A DNA stretch of 49,155 nt from Eubacteriales bacterium (GCA_045535205.1 JAZSLF010000107.1:1-49155); one strand, 5' to 3'. Counted from the first letter of the stretch, positions 39,770 to 49,107 are shown. The notes: a model not told the origin generated them from the letters alone. Program-made: numbers and translations.

Positions 39770-42700
39770 ATGGGTGGTTTTGTTCATCTTCACGTACATA
39801 GTGAATACAGCTTGCTTGACGGTGCCTGCCGTATAACTGACATTCCGAAGGCAGCAAAGTCCATGGGGCAGAAGGCGGTCGCATTGACCGACCACGGCGT
39901 TATGTACGGTGCAGTCAAGTTTTATGAGGAATGTAAAAAACACGGAATTAAAGGAATTATTGGCTGCGAGGTCTATGTTTCGGCTTTATCAAGATTTAAT
40001 AAAACAAAAGAGAATTCAGCTTATAATCACCTTGTTCTTCTTGCAAAAAATGACGTCGGCTATAAAAATCTTATATATATGGTCTCAAAAGGCTTTACAG
40101 ACGGATTTTACGGAAAGCCGAGAATAGATATTGACCTAATAAGAAATCACAGCGAAGGTCTGATTGCCTTATCCGGATGTGTTGCAGGTGATATACCGCA
40201 AAAAATACTGTTCGGTGATTTTGACTCGGCAAAAAATACTGCACTTATGATGGAAAGAATTTTCGGGAAGGATAATTTCTATCTTGAAATTCAAAATCAC
40301 GGAATGCAGGAGGAGGCCCGCATAAGAGAAGGTCTTTTAAAGCTTTCAAGGGAAACGGGAATACCTCTTGCTGCTACCAATGATGTTCATTATCTTGCAA
40401 GAGCCGATGCTGAAAATCAAGCTGTACTGATGTGCATTCAGATGAACAAAAAAATTTCCGAAGGACGTCCGATCGGATTTGAACAGGATGAGTATTATTT
40501 CAAATCAACGGAAGAAATGACAGCGTTATTTGACGAATATGACAATGCCGTTGCGAATACTGTTAAAATCGCAGATATGTGTGATGTAAGCTTTGATTTT
40601 ACAAAAACATATCTGCCGAGATATACCTGTCCTGATAATATGGATGCAAACAGCTATTTGAAGAAGCTTACACAAGACGGCTTTTTAAAAAAGAAGTCGT
40701 CGGGCGAGATAGTCTTCGACGAAGGCTTAAAAGAAAACGATTATTCAGAAAGACTTGCAGGAGAGCTTGAGGTCATAGCTCAAATGGGATATTCTGAATA
40801 TTTTCTGATAGTATGGGATTTTGTGAACTATGCCCGAAGTAAAAATATATCTGTAGGTCCCGGAAGAGGTTCAGGTGCAGGCAGCCTTGTTGCATACGTT
40901 ATAGGAATTACCGATATTGACTCACTTAAATACGGCTTGATTTTTGAAAGCTTTCTCAATGTTGACAGAGTCAGTATGCCTGACTTCGATATTGACTTTG
41001 CGGATAACAGACGTGAGGAGGTTATCGACTACGTTAAATCAAAGTACGGTGAGGACAGGGTTTCGCAGATAATCACCTTCGGAACTATGTCAGCAAGGGC
41101 TGTAGTTCGTGACGTCGGCAGGGCACTCGGAATTTCCTACGGTACGGCAGATACTGTTGCAAAAATGATACCGAGAGAGTTGAACGTAACATTAAAGGAT
41201 GCTCTGAACATCACAGAACTACGTGAGAAATACGAAAGCGATGCTGATGTTAAAAGACTTATCGATACGTCAATGGCACTTGAAGGGATGCCGAGGCACG
41301 CTTCCACCCATGCAGCAGGTGTAGTTATAACAGACAGACCTGTGCACGAATACGTTCCTCTTGCGACAAACGGAGGAAACTCGCTCACTCAGTTCGATAT
41401 GGATACAATAGCAAGACTCGGACTTTTGAAGTTTGATTTTCTTGGTATTCGTTATCTGACTGTTATAGCAGAGACCGAAAAACTTGTAAAAGAGTCTTAT
41501 CCCGATTTTTCGGTTGAAAGCATACCGTATGATGACGATAAAACCTTTAAGCTCATTTGTAAAGGAAATACCGAGGGAGTATTCCAGCTTAACTCGGCAG
41601 GAATGAGAGCGAAGCTCATACAAATGAGACCTGAAAGTTTTGATGATATAATTGCAGCTATTGCACTGTACAGACCCGGTCCCATGAAAGCGGGAGCTGT
41701 TGATGCATATGCGGCTAATAAACACGATAAATCAAAAATTAAATATGTAACCGAAAAGCTTGCTCCGGTGCTTGATTCCACCTATGGTTGCCTTGTATAT
41801 CAGGAGCAGGTTGCACAGATATTCAGAGAGCTTGCAGGATATTCCTTCAGCAGAGCCGATAATGTACGCCGAGCGATAAAAAAGAAAAAAGCCGACGTTA
41901 TCGAAAGTGAAAAAGAGCTGTTTATAAACGGTGCAGAAAATAACGGAATAAGCAGAGAAGCGGCCGAAACGATTTTTTCGGATATAGAAGGATTTTCAAG
42001 CTATGCTTTTAATAAAAGCCATGCGACAGCATATGCAGTTACTGCCTACAGAACAGCATATCTTAAAGCACATTTTAAGAAAGAATACTATAGTGCTCTT
42101 ATTACAGCTGAAATGGCATATCAGAACAAGGTCTTTGATTATATAACAGAATGCAGACGTGGGGGAATGGAGATTTTCGGCCCATGTGTGAATAACAGCT
42201 TTTCCGGATTTACTCCGGAGGGTAAAGGCATCCGCTTCGGACTCCTCTCAATTCAGAACGTCGGAAGAGTTCTTGTTGAATTTATTGTTGCCGACAGAAA
42301 GCAAAACGGTCGGTACAGATCCTTCGAGGATTTTCTTAAACGTCTTGAAGTGTCCGAGTTAAATCAAAAGCAATATGAAATGCTTGTTAAGGCAGGTGCT
42401 CTCGATTGCTTTGGTATTCACAGAAGTGCCCTTTTGTTAATGGCTGAAAAGGTCATTGAATTAAAAAATGCAGCAAAGAGCATGGCAGACAGCGGTCAGA
42501 TGGACATTCTTTCGATGCTTGGCGAGGAGGACCGTACAACAAGAATATCAATACCCGACATAAGCGAACTCTCAACTGTTCAGCGGCTCAAATTTGAAAG
42601 AGAAGCGCTTGGCCTTACATTAAGCGGCAGCTTGCTAAGCAAATATAAAGATCATATATCAACCCTTGGTGCTGTTGAAATACGTGCTGTCAGAGAAGCC

Positions 42701-43279
42701 TTCGCTGATGAAGACTCATCAAATTCAAACAGTAATTTTACCGACGGTCAGCGAATAACTGTAGCCGGAATAGTTAATAAGAGAGTAAATAAGAATACGA
42801 GAAACGGTGATCCAATGGCTTTCGTATCTGTAGAAGATCAAAGCGGAGAGCTTGAAATAGTAGTATTTCCGAAGCTTTTGGAGACTGCAAGCTTTATGCT
42901 TGTCAAGGATGCCGCAATTGGAATTAAAGGAACTATTTCCGCAAAGGACGAGGATGTATCAATTCTGGCAAACAGCATTTTTTATTTGAAGGAAGACTCA
43001 TTGCAGGATAAAAAGCCGATAAACGATAATAAATCGGAGGAAAAAACAGAAACAACGGAGCAGCATAATTTTTATATAAAGATTGACGATGTTGACACTC
43101 CGTTGTATAATAGAGTACATTCTGTGCTTGAAAAACACAAAGGCTCATATCAAGTGATTTTTTACAGCGAAAACAGGAAAAAATATATAAAAGAAATGGG
43201 GCTTGCCGCAAGCTACAGAAAATCTCTTCTTGAGGAACTTGAAGAGATACTCGGCGGCGGTACGGTAGTATTCAAATAG
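39770..43279 (+). CDS. dnaE: DNA polymerase III alpha subunit
   Basis: FVHLHVHSEYSLLDGA (PHP domain), GPGRGSGAGS, MPDFDIDF, THAAGVVI, KFDFLG, YAFNKSHA; no insertion seen. Confidence 0.97.
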   Translation: MGGFVHLHVHSEYSLLDGACRITDIPKAAKSMGQKAVALTDHGVMYGAVKFYEECKKHGIKGIIGCEVYVSALSRFNKTKENSAYNHLVLLAKNDVGYKNLIYMVSKGFTDGFYGKPRIDIDLIRNHSEGLIALSGCVAGDIPQKILFGDFDSAKNTALMMERIFGKDNFYLEIQNHGMQEEARIREGLLKLSRETGIPLAATNDVHYLARADAENQAVLMCIQMNKKISEGRPIGFEQDEYYFKSTEEMTALFDEYDNAVANTVKIADMCDVSFDFTKTYLPRYTCPDNMDANSYLKKLTQDGFLKKKSSGEIVFDEGLKENDYSERLAGELEVIAQMGYSEYFLIVWDFVNYARSKNISVGPGRGSGAGSLVAYVIGITDIDSLKYGLIFESFLNVDRVSMPDFDIDFADNRREEVIDYVKSKYGEDRVSQIITFGTMSARAVVRDVGRALGISYGTADTVAKMIPRELNVTLKDALNITELREKYESDADVKRLIDTSMALEGMPRHASTHAAGVVITDRPVHEYVPLATNGGNSLTQFDMDTIARLGLLKFDFLGIRYLTVIAETEKLVKESYPDFSVESIPYDDDKTFKLICKGNTEGVFQLNSAGMRAKLIQMRPESFDDIIAAIALYRPGPMKAGAVDAYAANKHDKSKIKYVTEKLAPVLDSTYGCLVYQEQVAQIFRELAGYSFSRADNVRRAIKKKKADVIESEKELFINGAENNGISREAAETIFSDIEGFSSYAFNKSHATAYAVTAYRTAYLKAHFKKEYYSALITAEMAYQNKVFDYITECRRGGMEIFGPCVNNSFSGFTPEGKGIRFGLLSIQNVGRVLVEFIVADRKQNGRYRSFEDFLKRLEVSELNQKQYEMLVKAGALDCFGIHRSALLLMAEKVIELKNAAKSMADSGQMDILSMLGEEDRTTRISIPDISELSTVQRLKFEREALGLTLSGSLLSKYKDHISTLGAVEIRAVREAFADEDSSNSNSNFTDGQRITVAGIVNKRVNKNTRNGDPMAFVSVEDQSGELEIVVFPKLLETASFMLVKDAAIGIKGTISAKDEDVSILANSIFYLKEDSLQDKKPINDNKSEEKTETTEQHNFYIKIDDVDTPLYNRVHSVLEKHKGSYQVIFYSENRKKYIKEMGLAASYRKSLLEELEEILGGGTVVFK

Positions 43280-43281
43280 AC

Positions 43282-43635
43282 TTATCCCGTGTAATCCTCG
43301 ACTATCTTGTAAAGATTGTCCTCGCTTACCGTAAAACCTTCTGACAGCATCAGTCTGTCAGCGTAAGGTAACGTAAAAAGATAGGTCTCTATAATCCTGA
43401 ACGGTTTTCCGGCACCCTTGCGAAAAACACCTATCATATTATCATATTCTTTTATAATGTATTGCGTCTTTTTAGGAATAATTATATCTGATCTGTCTGC
43501 TTCGGCTGTGACTGTAGCTTCAACAGGTGTTTCATCTACGGTATTATCGATTGGCTTGTAAATTATTCCTTTTGCAATCAGTACAAGCATTACGGCGGAG
43601 CAAACAACTGACGCTATTATAATTGAATTTTTCAT
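43282..43635 (-). CDS. BofC C-terminal-domain protein with N-terminal signal/TM
   Basis: Hydrophobic N-terminus; YIIKEYDNMIGVF...LPYADRLMLSEGFTV...IVEDYTG resembles BofC_C; a SigF-type promoter lies upstream. Confidence 0.68.
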   Translation of the reverse strand: MKNSIIIASVVCSAVMLVLIAKGIIYKPIDNTVDETPVEATVTAEADRSDIIIPKKTQYIIKEYDNMIGVFRKGAGKPFRIIETYLFTLPYADRLMLSEGFTVSEDNLYKIVEDYTG

Positions 43636-43662
43636 TGTAAATCTCCTTTGATATTTTGAATT

Positions 43663-43692
43663 TAGTATATCCTGATTTACGCATGATTATAA
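43663..43692 (-). promoter_or_regulatory. Sigma-F-type promoter of the BofC-like gene
   Basis: Minus strand TTATA, 15 nt, GGATATACTA. Confidence 0.6.
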
Positions 43693-43720
43693 AAACGGTT
43701 TACAGAAAGGACGTGAGAGT

Positions 43721-46537
43721 ATGAAAAAACGTAATGATCTTTTCAGCGGCAATAATGAAAAGAATAATGATGCAGATAAGCATACGTACTCAAACAATGA
43801 CAGCGGTGCTCACGAAGACGAGGCTGCGGTCATAAACAAAAAATCGAAGCTCTCAGATGAACAAAAGAAGAATATTGTTAAAGGGCTGAAGATCACGGGA
43901 ACAGTTTTTTACCGTGTTTTTGCTGTCATAATGAATATTGTACTTACCGTTTTACTTATCGGAATGATAACGGGTATAATAGTCGGTACGGTTTTCTGTC
44001 TGTATATTAAGAACTACGTTGATCCGACTCTTGATGCTTCATTGTTTGTAACAAGAGGAACGGATACGACGACTCGTATTTATTATACGGACTACGCCTC
44101 TGAGGAAGACAGAATTAACGGCATCGGAACTGACGTGGAAATCGAAAATCAGCGTCTTTACGGCTCTGACAACAGCATTTGGGCGTCATATGACCAGTTC
44201 CCCGAAGAACTTGTTGAAGCGTATATTTCCATTGAAGATGAACGCTTCTGGTCACATAACGGTGTCGACTGGATACGTACCTCCGCCGCTGTATTCGGAT
44301 TTTTCTTTGGTGAAGGTGATTTCGGCGGTTCAACTATCACACAGCAGCTTATTAAGAATTTGACCGATGATGATGACGCAACCATTCAGCGTAAGGTTCA
44401 GGAAATATTCAGAGCCATCAATCTTGAAAAGCAGCTTGATAAAACTGAAATCATTGAAATGTACTTCAATATCGTATTTCTCGGAAATAACTGTACAGGC
44501 GTACAGGCGGCTTCAAATTTCTATTTTGATAAAGATGTTAGTGAGTTAACTCTTGTTGAATGTGCATCTCTTGCCGCAATTGTTAAAAACCCTTCAAGGT
44601 ATGAACCTCTGTATCATGACGTGGTTTACTACGAAGATGAAGAAACAGGCGAAATGAAGGAAGACGGCAACAGGAAGAGACGTAATGACGTTATATGGAT
44701 GATGTGGAAGCTGGGAAAGATCTCTGAATCAGAATATCTTGATGCAACAAGCACAGAGCTTGATATTAAAGCACTCAGTGATTCCGATACCGTTGAAAGA
44801 GAAGTGAACTCATGGTATACCGATGCAGTATTTAATTCTGTTCGGGATGCACTCATGGAGGAATACGGTTATACAGAATATGTCGCAAGTATGATGATCT
44901 ATAACGGCGGTCTTCAGATATATACCGCTATGGATTATGATATGCAGATGACGCTTGAAGAAATATTCAGAAATGACAGTGAGTATTTCCTCTATGCTTC
45001 AACGGCAGAACAGCCTGAAGCCGCAATGGTAATTACCGACCCGTATACAGGAGACGTTCTGGCACTTGCGGGCGGCAGAGGTGTAAAAAGCGGCAACCGT
45101 ATTCTCAACAGAGCAACACAGTCAAAGAGACCTGCCGGTTCTTCTATCAAGCCTATTTCGGTTTACGGTCCTGCCATCGATAAAGGAATTGTTACCTACG
45201 GAACTGCAATTGATGACAGCCCTCTTATGTTTAACGGAAACACACCTTATCCGAAAAATGCACCGAACCGTTATGACGGTCTTACGACCATTCATGAAGC
45301 TATAAGAGTATCAAAGAATACAGTAGCTATGAAAACTCTTGAGTTACTCACAATTGATGCTTCATATGATTTTCTGTACAATAAGCTTCAGATAAGAAGT
45401 GTTATCGATTCTTACGAAACCTCTTGGGGAACGATAGTAACAGATAAAGCACTTGCACCGCTTGCACTCGGTCAGCTTTCCTACGGTCTTACCGTACAGG
45501 AGATCACAAATGCCTACAGTATCTTTGTAAACGAAGGTATATTCTCGAAGAGCCGCCTTTGGACAAAAGTAACCGACAGTACGGGCAACGTTATTCTTGA
45601 CAATCCTATTGAACAGGAGATCGTTATCAGTGCACAGTCAGCATCTATTGTAACAAAGGCACTTCAGGAAGTCGTAGCAACAGGTACAGCTTCTGATGTA
45701 TCACTTAAAAATACCGTCAACTGTGCGGGCAAAACAGGTACTACACAGGAGGACTACGACAGATGGTTTATCGGCTACACGCCATACTATGTCGGCGGTG
45801 TTTGGTTTGGTTATGACCTTAACCAGTCTCTCTCTGAGTTCAGAGGAAATCCCGCATCTGCACTTTGGAATACCGTTATGACAAAGCTTCATCAGGAATT
45901 TATCGATGAGGCTGCTGCGGGAGGCGAGGAAATAAAGAGCTTTACAACAGCACCCGGAGTCATTACCTGTACCTATTGTAAGGATTCAGGACTTCTTATG
46001 ACAGAGGCCTGCTATGCTGATCCGAGAGGAAGCAGAGCCGAAACCGGTTACTTCACACAGGCGACGAAGCCTACAGAAGAATGTACGGCACACACTCTTG
46101 TCGATTATTGTACGTCGGGCGGCGGTGTTGCAGGTGCTGACTGTCCCGAAGACAGCGTTAAAAAGGTCGGTCTTTTGAACGTGGACAGAGAATTTAAGTA
46201 TCAGATATATATTGTCGATGCTCAGTACACTTACAGGGATCTTGCAGGAATTAAACCCTCGACATCACTTACAGCACCTTTCTATCAGACGGCACTTGAC
46301 GGAGTTTATTCCGGTATAACCAATACAGGACGCCAGTATAACTGTTTCTGTAATGTACACACCAATTTTGACCGATGGGATCATCCTGAAAAGTACACGT
46401 CGGCAGAGGAAACCTCGACCGAAGCCGAGGATACTGATGACGTTACAAATAACACCGATACTACGTCTGATACCGAAACAACGGAGTCTGCTGAAACAAC
46501 AACCGCCGATAGTATTGAAACAGACGGTGATAATTGA
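43721..46537 (+). CDS. Class A penicillin-binding protein (transglycosylase-transpeptidase)
   Basis: IEDERFWSHNGVD and GGSTITQQLIKN (GT51); SSIK, SKN and KTGTT transpeptidase motifs; Cys-rich and Thr/Glu/Asp-rich C-terminus. Confidence 0.95.
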   Translation: MKKRNDLFSGNNEKNNDADKHTYSNNDSGAHEDEAAVINKKSKLSDEQKKNIVKGLKITGTVFYRVFAVIMNIVLTVLLIGMITGIIVGTVFCLYIKNYVDPTLDASLFVTRGTDTTTRIYYTDYASEEDRINGIGTDVEIENQRLYGSDNSIWASYDQFPEELVEAYISIEDERFWSHNGVDWIRTSAAVFGFFFGEGDFGGSTITQQLIKNLTDDDDATIQRKVQEIFRAINLEKQLDKTEIIEMYFNIVFLGNNCTGVQAASNFYFDKDVSELTLVECASLAAIVKNPSRYEPLYHDVVYYEDEETGEMKEDGNRKRRNDVIWMMWKLGKISESEYLDATSTELDIKALSDSDTVEREVNSWYTDAVFNSVRDALMEEYGYTEYVASMMIYNGGLQIYTAMDYDMQMTLEEIFRNDSEYFLYASTAEQPEAAMVITDPYTGDVLALAGGRGVKSGNRILNRATQSKRPAGSSIKPISVYGPAIDKGIVTYGTAIDDSPLMFNGNTPYPKNAPNRYDGLTTIHEAIRVSKNTVAMKTLELLTIDASYDFLYNKLQIRSVIDSYETSWGTIVTDKALAPLALGQLSYGLTVQEITNAYSIFVNEGIFSKSRLWTKVTDSTGNVILDNPIEQEIVISAQSASIVTKALQEVVATGTASDVSLKNTVNCAGKTGTTQEDYDRWFIGYTPYYVGGVWFGYDLNQSLSEFRGNPASALWNTVMTKLHQEFIDEAAAGGEEIKSFTTAPGVITCTYCKDSGLLMTEACYADPRGSRAETGYFTQATKPTEECTAHTLVDYCTSGGGVAGADCPEDSVKKVGLLNVDREFKYQIYIVDAQYTYRDLAGIKPSTSLTAPFYQTALDGVYSGITNTGRQYNCFCNVHTNFDRWDHPEKYTSAEETSTEAEDTDDVTNNTDTTSDTETTESAETTTADSIETDGDN

Positions 46538-46555
46538 TATTATTTAATTTATCGG

Positions 46556-46584
46556 TTGACTTTTGCGGATATTTGTTATATACT
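46556..46584 (+). promoter_or_regulatory. Sigma-A promoter of the lipoprotein gene
   Basis: TTGACT (46556-46561), 17 nt, TATACT (46579-46584). Confidence 0.72.
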
Positions 46585-46620
46585 TTTAATGTAAAATATT
46601 TAATTACTATGGAGGTAATT

Positions 46621-47103
46621 ATGAAAACAACAAAAATTATTGCAACTATTCTTGCGGTAATTATGCTTTGCGGAGCATTTTCCTTTGCAGGCTGTGCACA
46701 GAAGGTTCAGTCCAACGTTCACGTTATGTTTATTGACGGCGACGGCAATACTATCGGTGACACAAACGTTACAGTTACAGGTACTGTTGAAAATCCCCCT
46801 ACAGTTCTTGCAGCGGCTGAAGCAGCTCTCATTTTCCTTGATTTTGAAAAGGGCTATGAAATAACAGCTGACGGCTACAGCATCAAGGCTGTAAACGGTA
46901 TTTCCGAAGTTAGTGAAACAGATGCTGAAAACGGCTACTATTCTTACTGGAGAGTTTACATCAACGGTGAAGAGCCTACAGACGGCAGACAGAGTGTAAC
47001 TCCCGTATACAACAACGCAGAAGTTGTATTCAAGTATGTAAGTGACTCCAAGCCTCGTGAAGATAACATTCAGTATCAGGATCAGATAGAAAACGCTGAA
47101 TAA
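46621..47103 (+). CDS. Lipoprotein with DUF4430-like domain
   Basis: SD GGAGGT; signal peptide with lipobox FAG-C; TVLAA...IKAVNGISE...YWRVYINGE pattern. Confidence 0.72.
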   Translation: MKTTKIIATILAVIMLCGAFSFAGCAQKVQSNVHVMFIDGDGNTIGDTNVTVTGTVENPPTVLAAAEAALIFLDFEKGYEITADGYSIKAVNGISEVSETDAENGYYSYWRVYINGEEPTDGRQSVTPVYNNAEVVFKYVSDSKPREDNIQYQDQIENAE

Positions 47104-47106
47104 TCA

Positions 47107-47143
47107 GAAAAAAACAGGACAGGGCACCATCACGGTGCCCTGT
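47107..47143 (-). terminator. Terminator hairpin oriented for the minus-strand XRE operon
   Basis: ACAGGGCACC-atcac-GGTGCCCTGT (47119-47143) preceded by an A-run, which reads as a U-tract on the minus strand. Confidence 0.7.
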
Positions 47144-47152
47144 ATTATTGGT

Positions 47153-47198
47153 AAGGGGTCCTCAAGTATTCCGCAAGGAATGCTTGGGGTTCTCTTTT
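47153..47198 (+). terminator. Long GCAA-capped hairpin, likely plus-strand terminator
   Basis: 20-bp arm with four G-U pairs and one mismatch, GCAA loop, ending in TCTTTT. Confidence 0.62.
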
Positions 47199-47213
47199 GT
47201 AATATAATTTGTG

Positions 47214-48104
47214 TTAAGAGCCGAAAGACTCAAGCATTCTGTGCTTTAGATTAGAATAATTGTATGCACTTTCAAAATCACGCTTATTCTCATAGCATGA
47301 TTCTATGTCGGCAAGTATTCTGTATTTTGAAATAAAGCTGAGATTGATGCTGTCTTCGAGCTCTAAAAGTATATCAAGTGCCTTTGAGTATTTAAAATCA
47401 CTTATGAATTTTTTTGCTTTAAAATAACTGAATTCATCTCTTGTCATGAAAGGGAATGATGAAACGAGCTTTTCGGCTGTATCAAAATCACCTTTTTCAC
47501 AGTATGACAGAATTGTAAGGTATCCGAAAACCCCGGCTGAGATACGGCTTTCCTTCCTTGCCAACCGTCCAAGCTTATCGGTATCTATATCAGAGGTAGC
47601 ACAGGATATGAAGAACTGAACTGCTTCTATTGTATTCTTGAATTCAGAAGAAAGATAAATAGTTCTTTCAGAAGCGTTTTTTGCCGCAGATAAATGTCTG
47701 AGTGCACTTGTAAGATGAAACCGTTCAATGTTTTCAGAAGCAAGCTTTAATTCGCATTCAGCTAAAAGTGAATTCATTTCATCGTCGAACGGAAGTTTTT
47801 TGCAGATTTCAATACACTCATCAAATTTTTTGTCAGAAAACAGCTTTTTAGCTTTTGTTACAATGTCAATTTTAATATATAAAGCTTCTGTTGTCTCATC
47901 ATTACACAAAAAATATCCTGCGGGGATGTCAAGCTTATTCGATATATATTCAAGTGTTTCAAGAGACGGGCGGGCTTTGCCTGCTTCTATGAGTGACAAC
48001 ATATTTCTTGAAATCATATCTCCCGCAAGCTCACTTTGAGTCATGTTTGCACGAAGACGTTCCAGTTTAATCTTTTCGCCGATATTGTTAAGAGAATTCT
48101 TCAT
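47214..48104 (-). CDS. XRE-family HTH regulator with TPR-like C-terminal domain
   Basis: IGEKIKLERLRANMTQSELAGDMISRNMLSLIEAGKARPSLETLEYI; helical repeats such as YSKALDIL and CYENKRDFESAYNY. Confidence 0.85.
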   Translation of the reverse strand: MKNSLNNIGEKIKLERLRANMTQSELAGDMISRNMLSLIEAGKARPSLETLEYISNKLDIPAGYFLCNDETTEALYIKIDIVTKAKKLFSDKKFDECIEICKKLPFDDEMNSLLAECELKLASENIERFHLTSALRHLSAAKNASERTIYLSSEFKNTIEAVQFFISCATSDIDTDKLGRLARKESRISAGVFGYLTILSYCEKGDFDTAEKLVSSFPFMTRDEFSYFKAKKFISDFKYSKALDILLELEDSINLSFISKYRILADIESCYENKRDFESAYNYSNLKHRMLESFGS

Positions 48105-48109
48105 TGTCT

Positions 48110-49039
48110 TTATGAGAGCTCAGAGCCGTATCCTGTGTATCTGCGGTCAATTTTTCTGTCAGCATCCTGTTTGTGAATTGCAATACGGTTTTGGAGCTGA
48201 GAGCATTTTTCTTCTATTTCGGCAATAAGCTTTGTAATGCTGTCGATAACATCTCTTGAATAAGTATCGAATTCACCGACACAGTTATTCATATATGATT
48301 GAACGTCATCGTGAATGGCCCTAATAGAATTTATTGCTTTATCTGAAACCGTTCGAGTATCTTCTTTAGAGGCCCTTGCGGCTGTTCTTGGGATCGGACG
48401 GTAGCCCGCTTGGGAAGCTCCTGTGACTTCGCTTTTGTTTGTATAGGGTGAACGGGGGCGTTTTTGAAAAGGCTCCTCTTTAGATTCTCTCGGTGATTGA
48501 TACTGCGTAGGAGTGTTTTCGAGCTCTCGCAGTTTTTCTGATAATGTACGGAACTCAAGCTCAAGTGCTTTATACTTTTCTCGGAGATATTCATTCTCTG
48601 ATTTTATATCTTCATTGTAGCTTGCCTTGTTTACGAGAACAGAATTCTCAGCCTCAAGCTTTGAGAGCTTATCTGAATAATCCGTAAGCTGCTGCTCACA
48701 ACCGTTTATAAGTGTGCGAAGCTTTTCACCTTCATCCAGGAGCTCTTTTTGCTTGACAGCAGAAGCCTCAAGCTCTGCTTTCAAATGCTCTATTTCTGAT
48801 TTATAATTTGACAGCTCATCATTCTTTGCATCAAGAACAGCATCGAATGAGTTCTTCATTTCATCAGCTTTCCTGTTACCTTCAGTAATTGTCCATTCTG
48901 CTTCTGTAAGCTTACTTTCAAGAAGGGATTTTTCTGCCATAAATCTTCTGTTTTCATCGCTGATGTACTTAATTACGTCATCTTTGTTAAAGCCGCGCAT
49001 TGATTTTCTGAAAGAAAACCCTTTTTCGTTTTTATCCAT
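48110..49039 (-). CDS. DivIVA-motif coiled-coil protein
   Basis: N-terminal FRKSMRGFNKDDVIKYI (DivIVA-like F..RG[YF]...V..[FY]), long heptad region, Pro/Arg-rich linker, helical C-terminus; SD AGGAG. Confidence 0.7.
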   Translation of the reverse strand: MDKNEKGFSFRKSMRGFNKDDVIKYISDENRRFMAEKSLLESKLTEAEWTITEGNRKADEMKNSFDAVLDAKNDELSNYKSEIEHLKAELEASAVKQKELLDEGEKLRTLINGCEQQLTDYSDKLSKLEAENSVLVNKASYNEDIKSENEYLREKYKALELEFRTLSEKLRELENTPTQYQSPRESKEEPFQKRPRSPYTNKSEVTGASQAGYRPIPRTAARASKEDTRTVSDKAINSIRAIHDDVQSYMNNCVGEFDTYSRDVIDSITKLIAEIEEKCSQLQNRIAIHKQDADRKIDRRYTGYGSELS

Positions 49040-49078
49040 TATAGCACTCCTGATATTTGAATACTTTTATTCACAATA

Positions 49079-49107
49079 AGTATATCATATACTGTGTGAA
49101 AAAGCAA
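49079..49107 (-). promoter_or_regulatory. Sigma-A promoter of the coiled-coil/XRE operon
   Basis: Minus strand TTGCTT, 17 nt, extended -10 TGaTATACT. Confidence 0.65.

Noticed and set aside
46400-46530. Apparent repeats in the PBP 3' end
   Set aside because: This is low-complexity Thr/Glu/Asp coding sequence, not a nucleotide tandem repeat or array.
47104-47213. Possible RRNPP signalling-peptide gene next to the XRE-TPR regulator
   Set aside because: The only candidate is a tiny ORF (MVPCPVFF) inside the terminator hairpin, with no SD or signal-peptide character.
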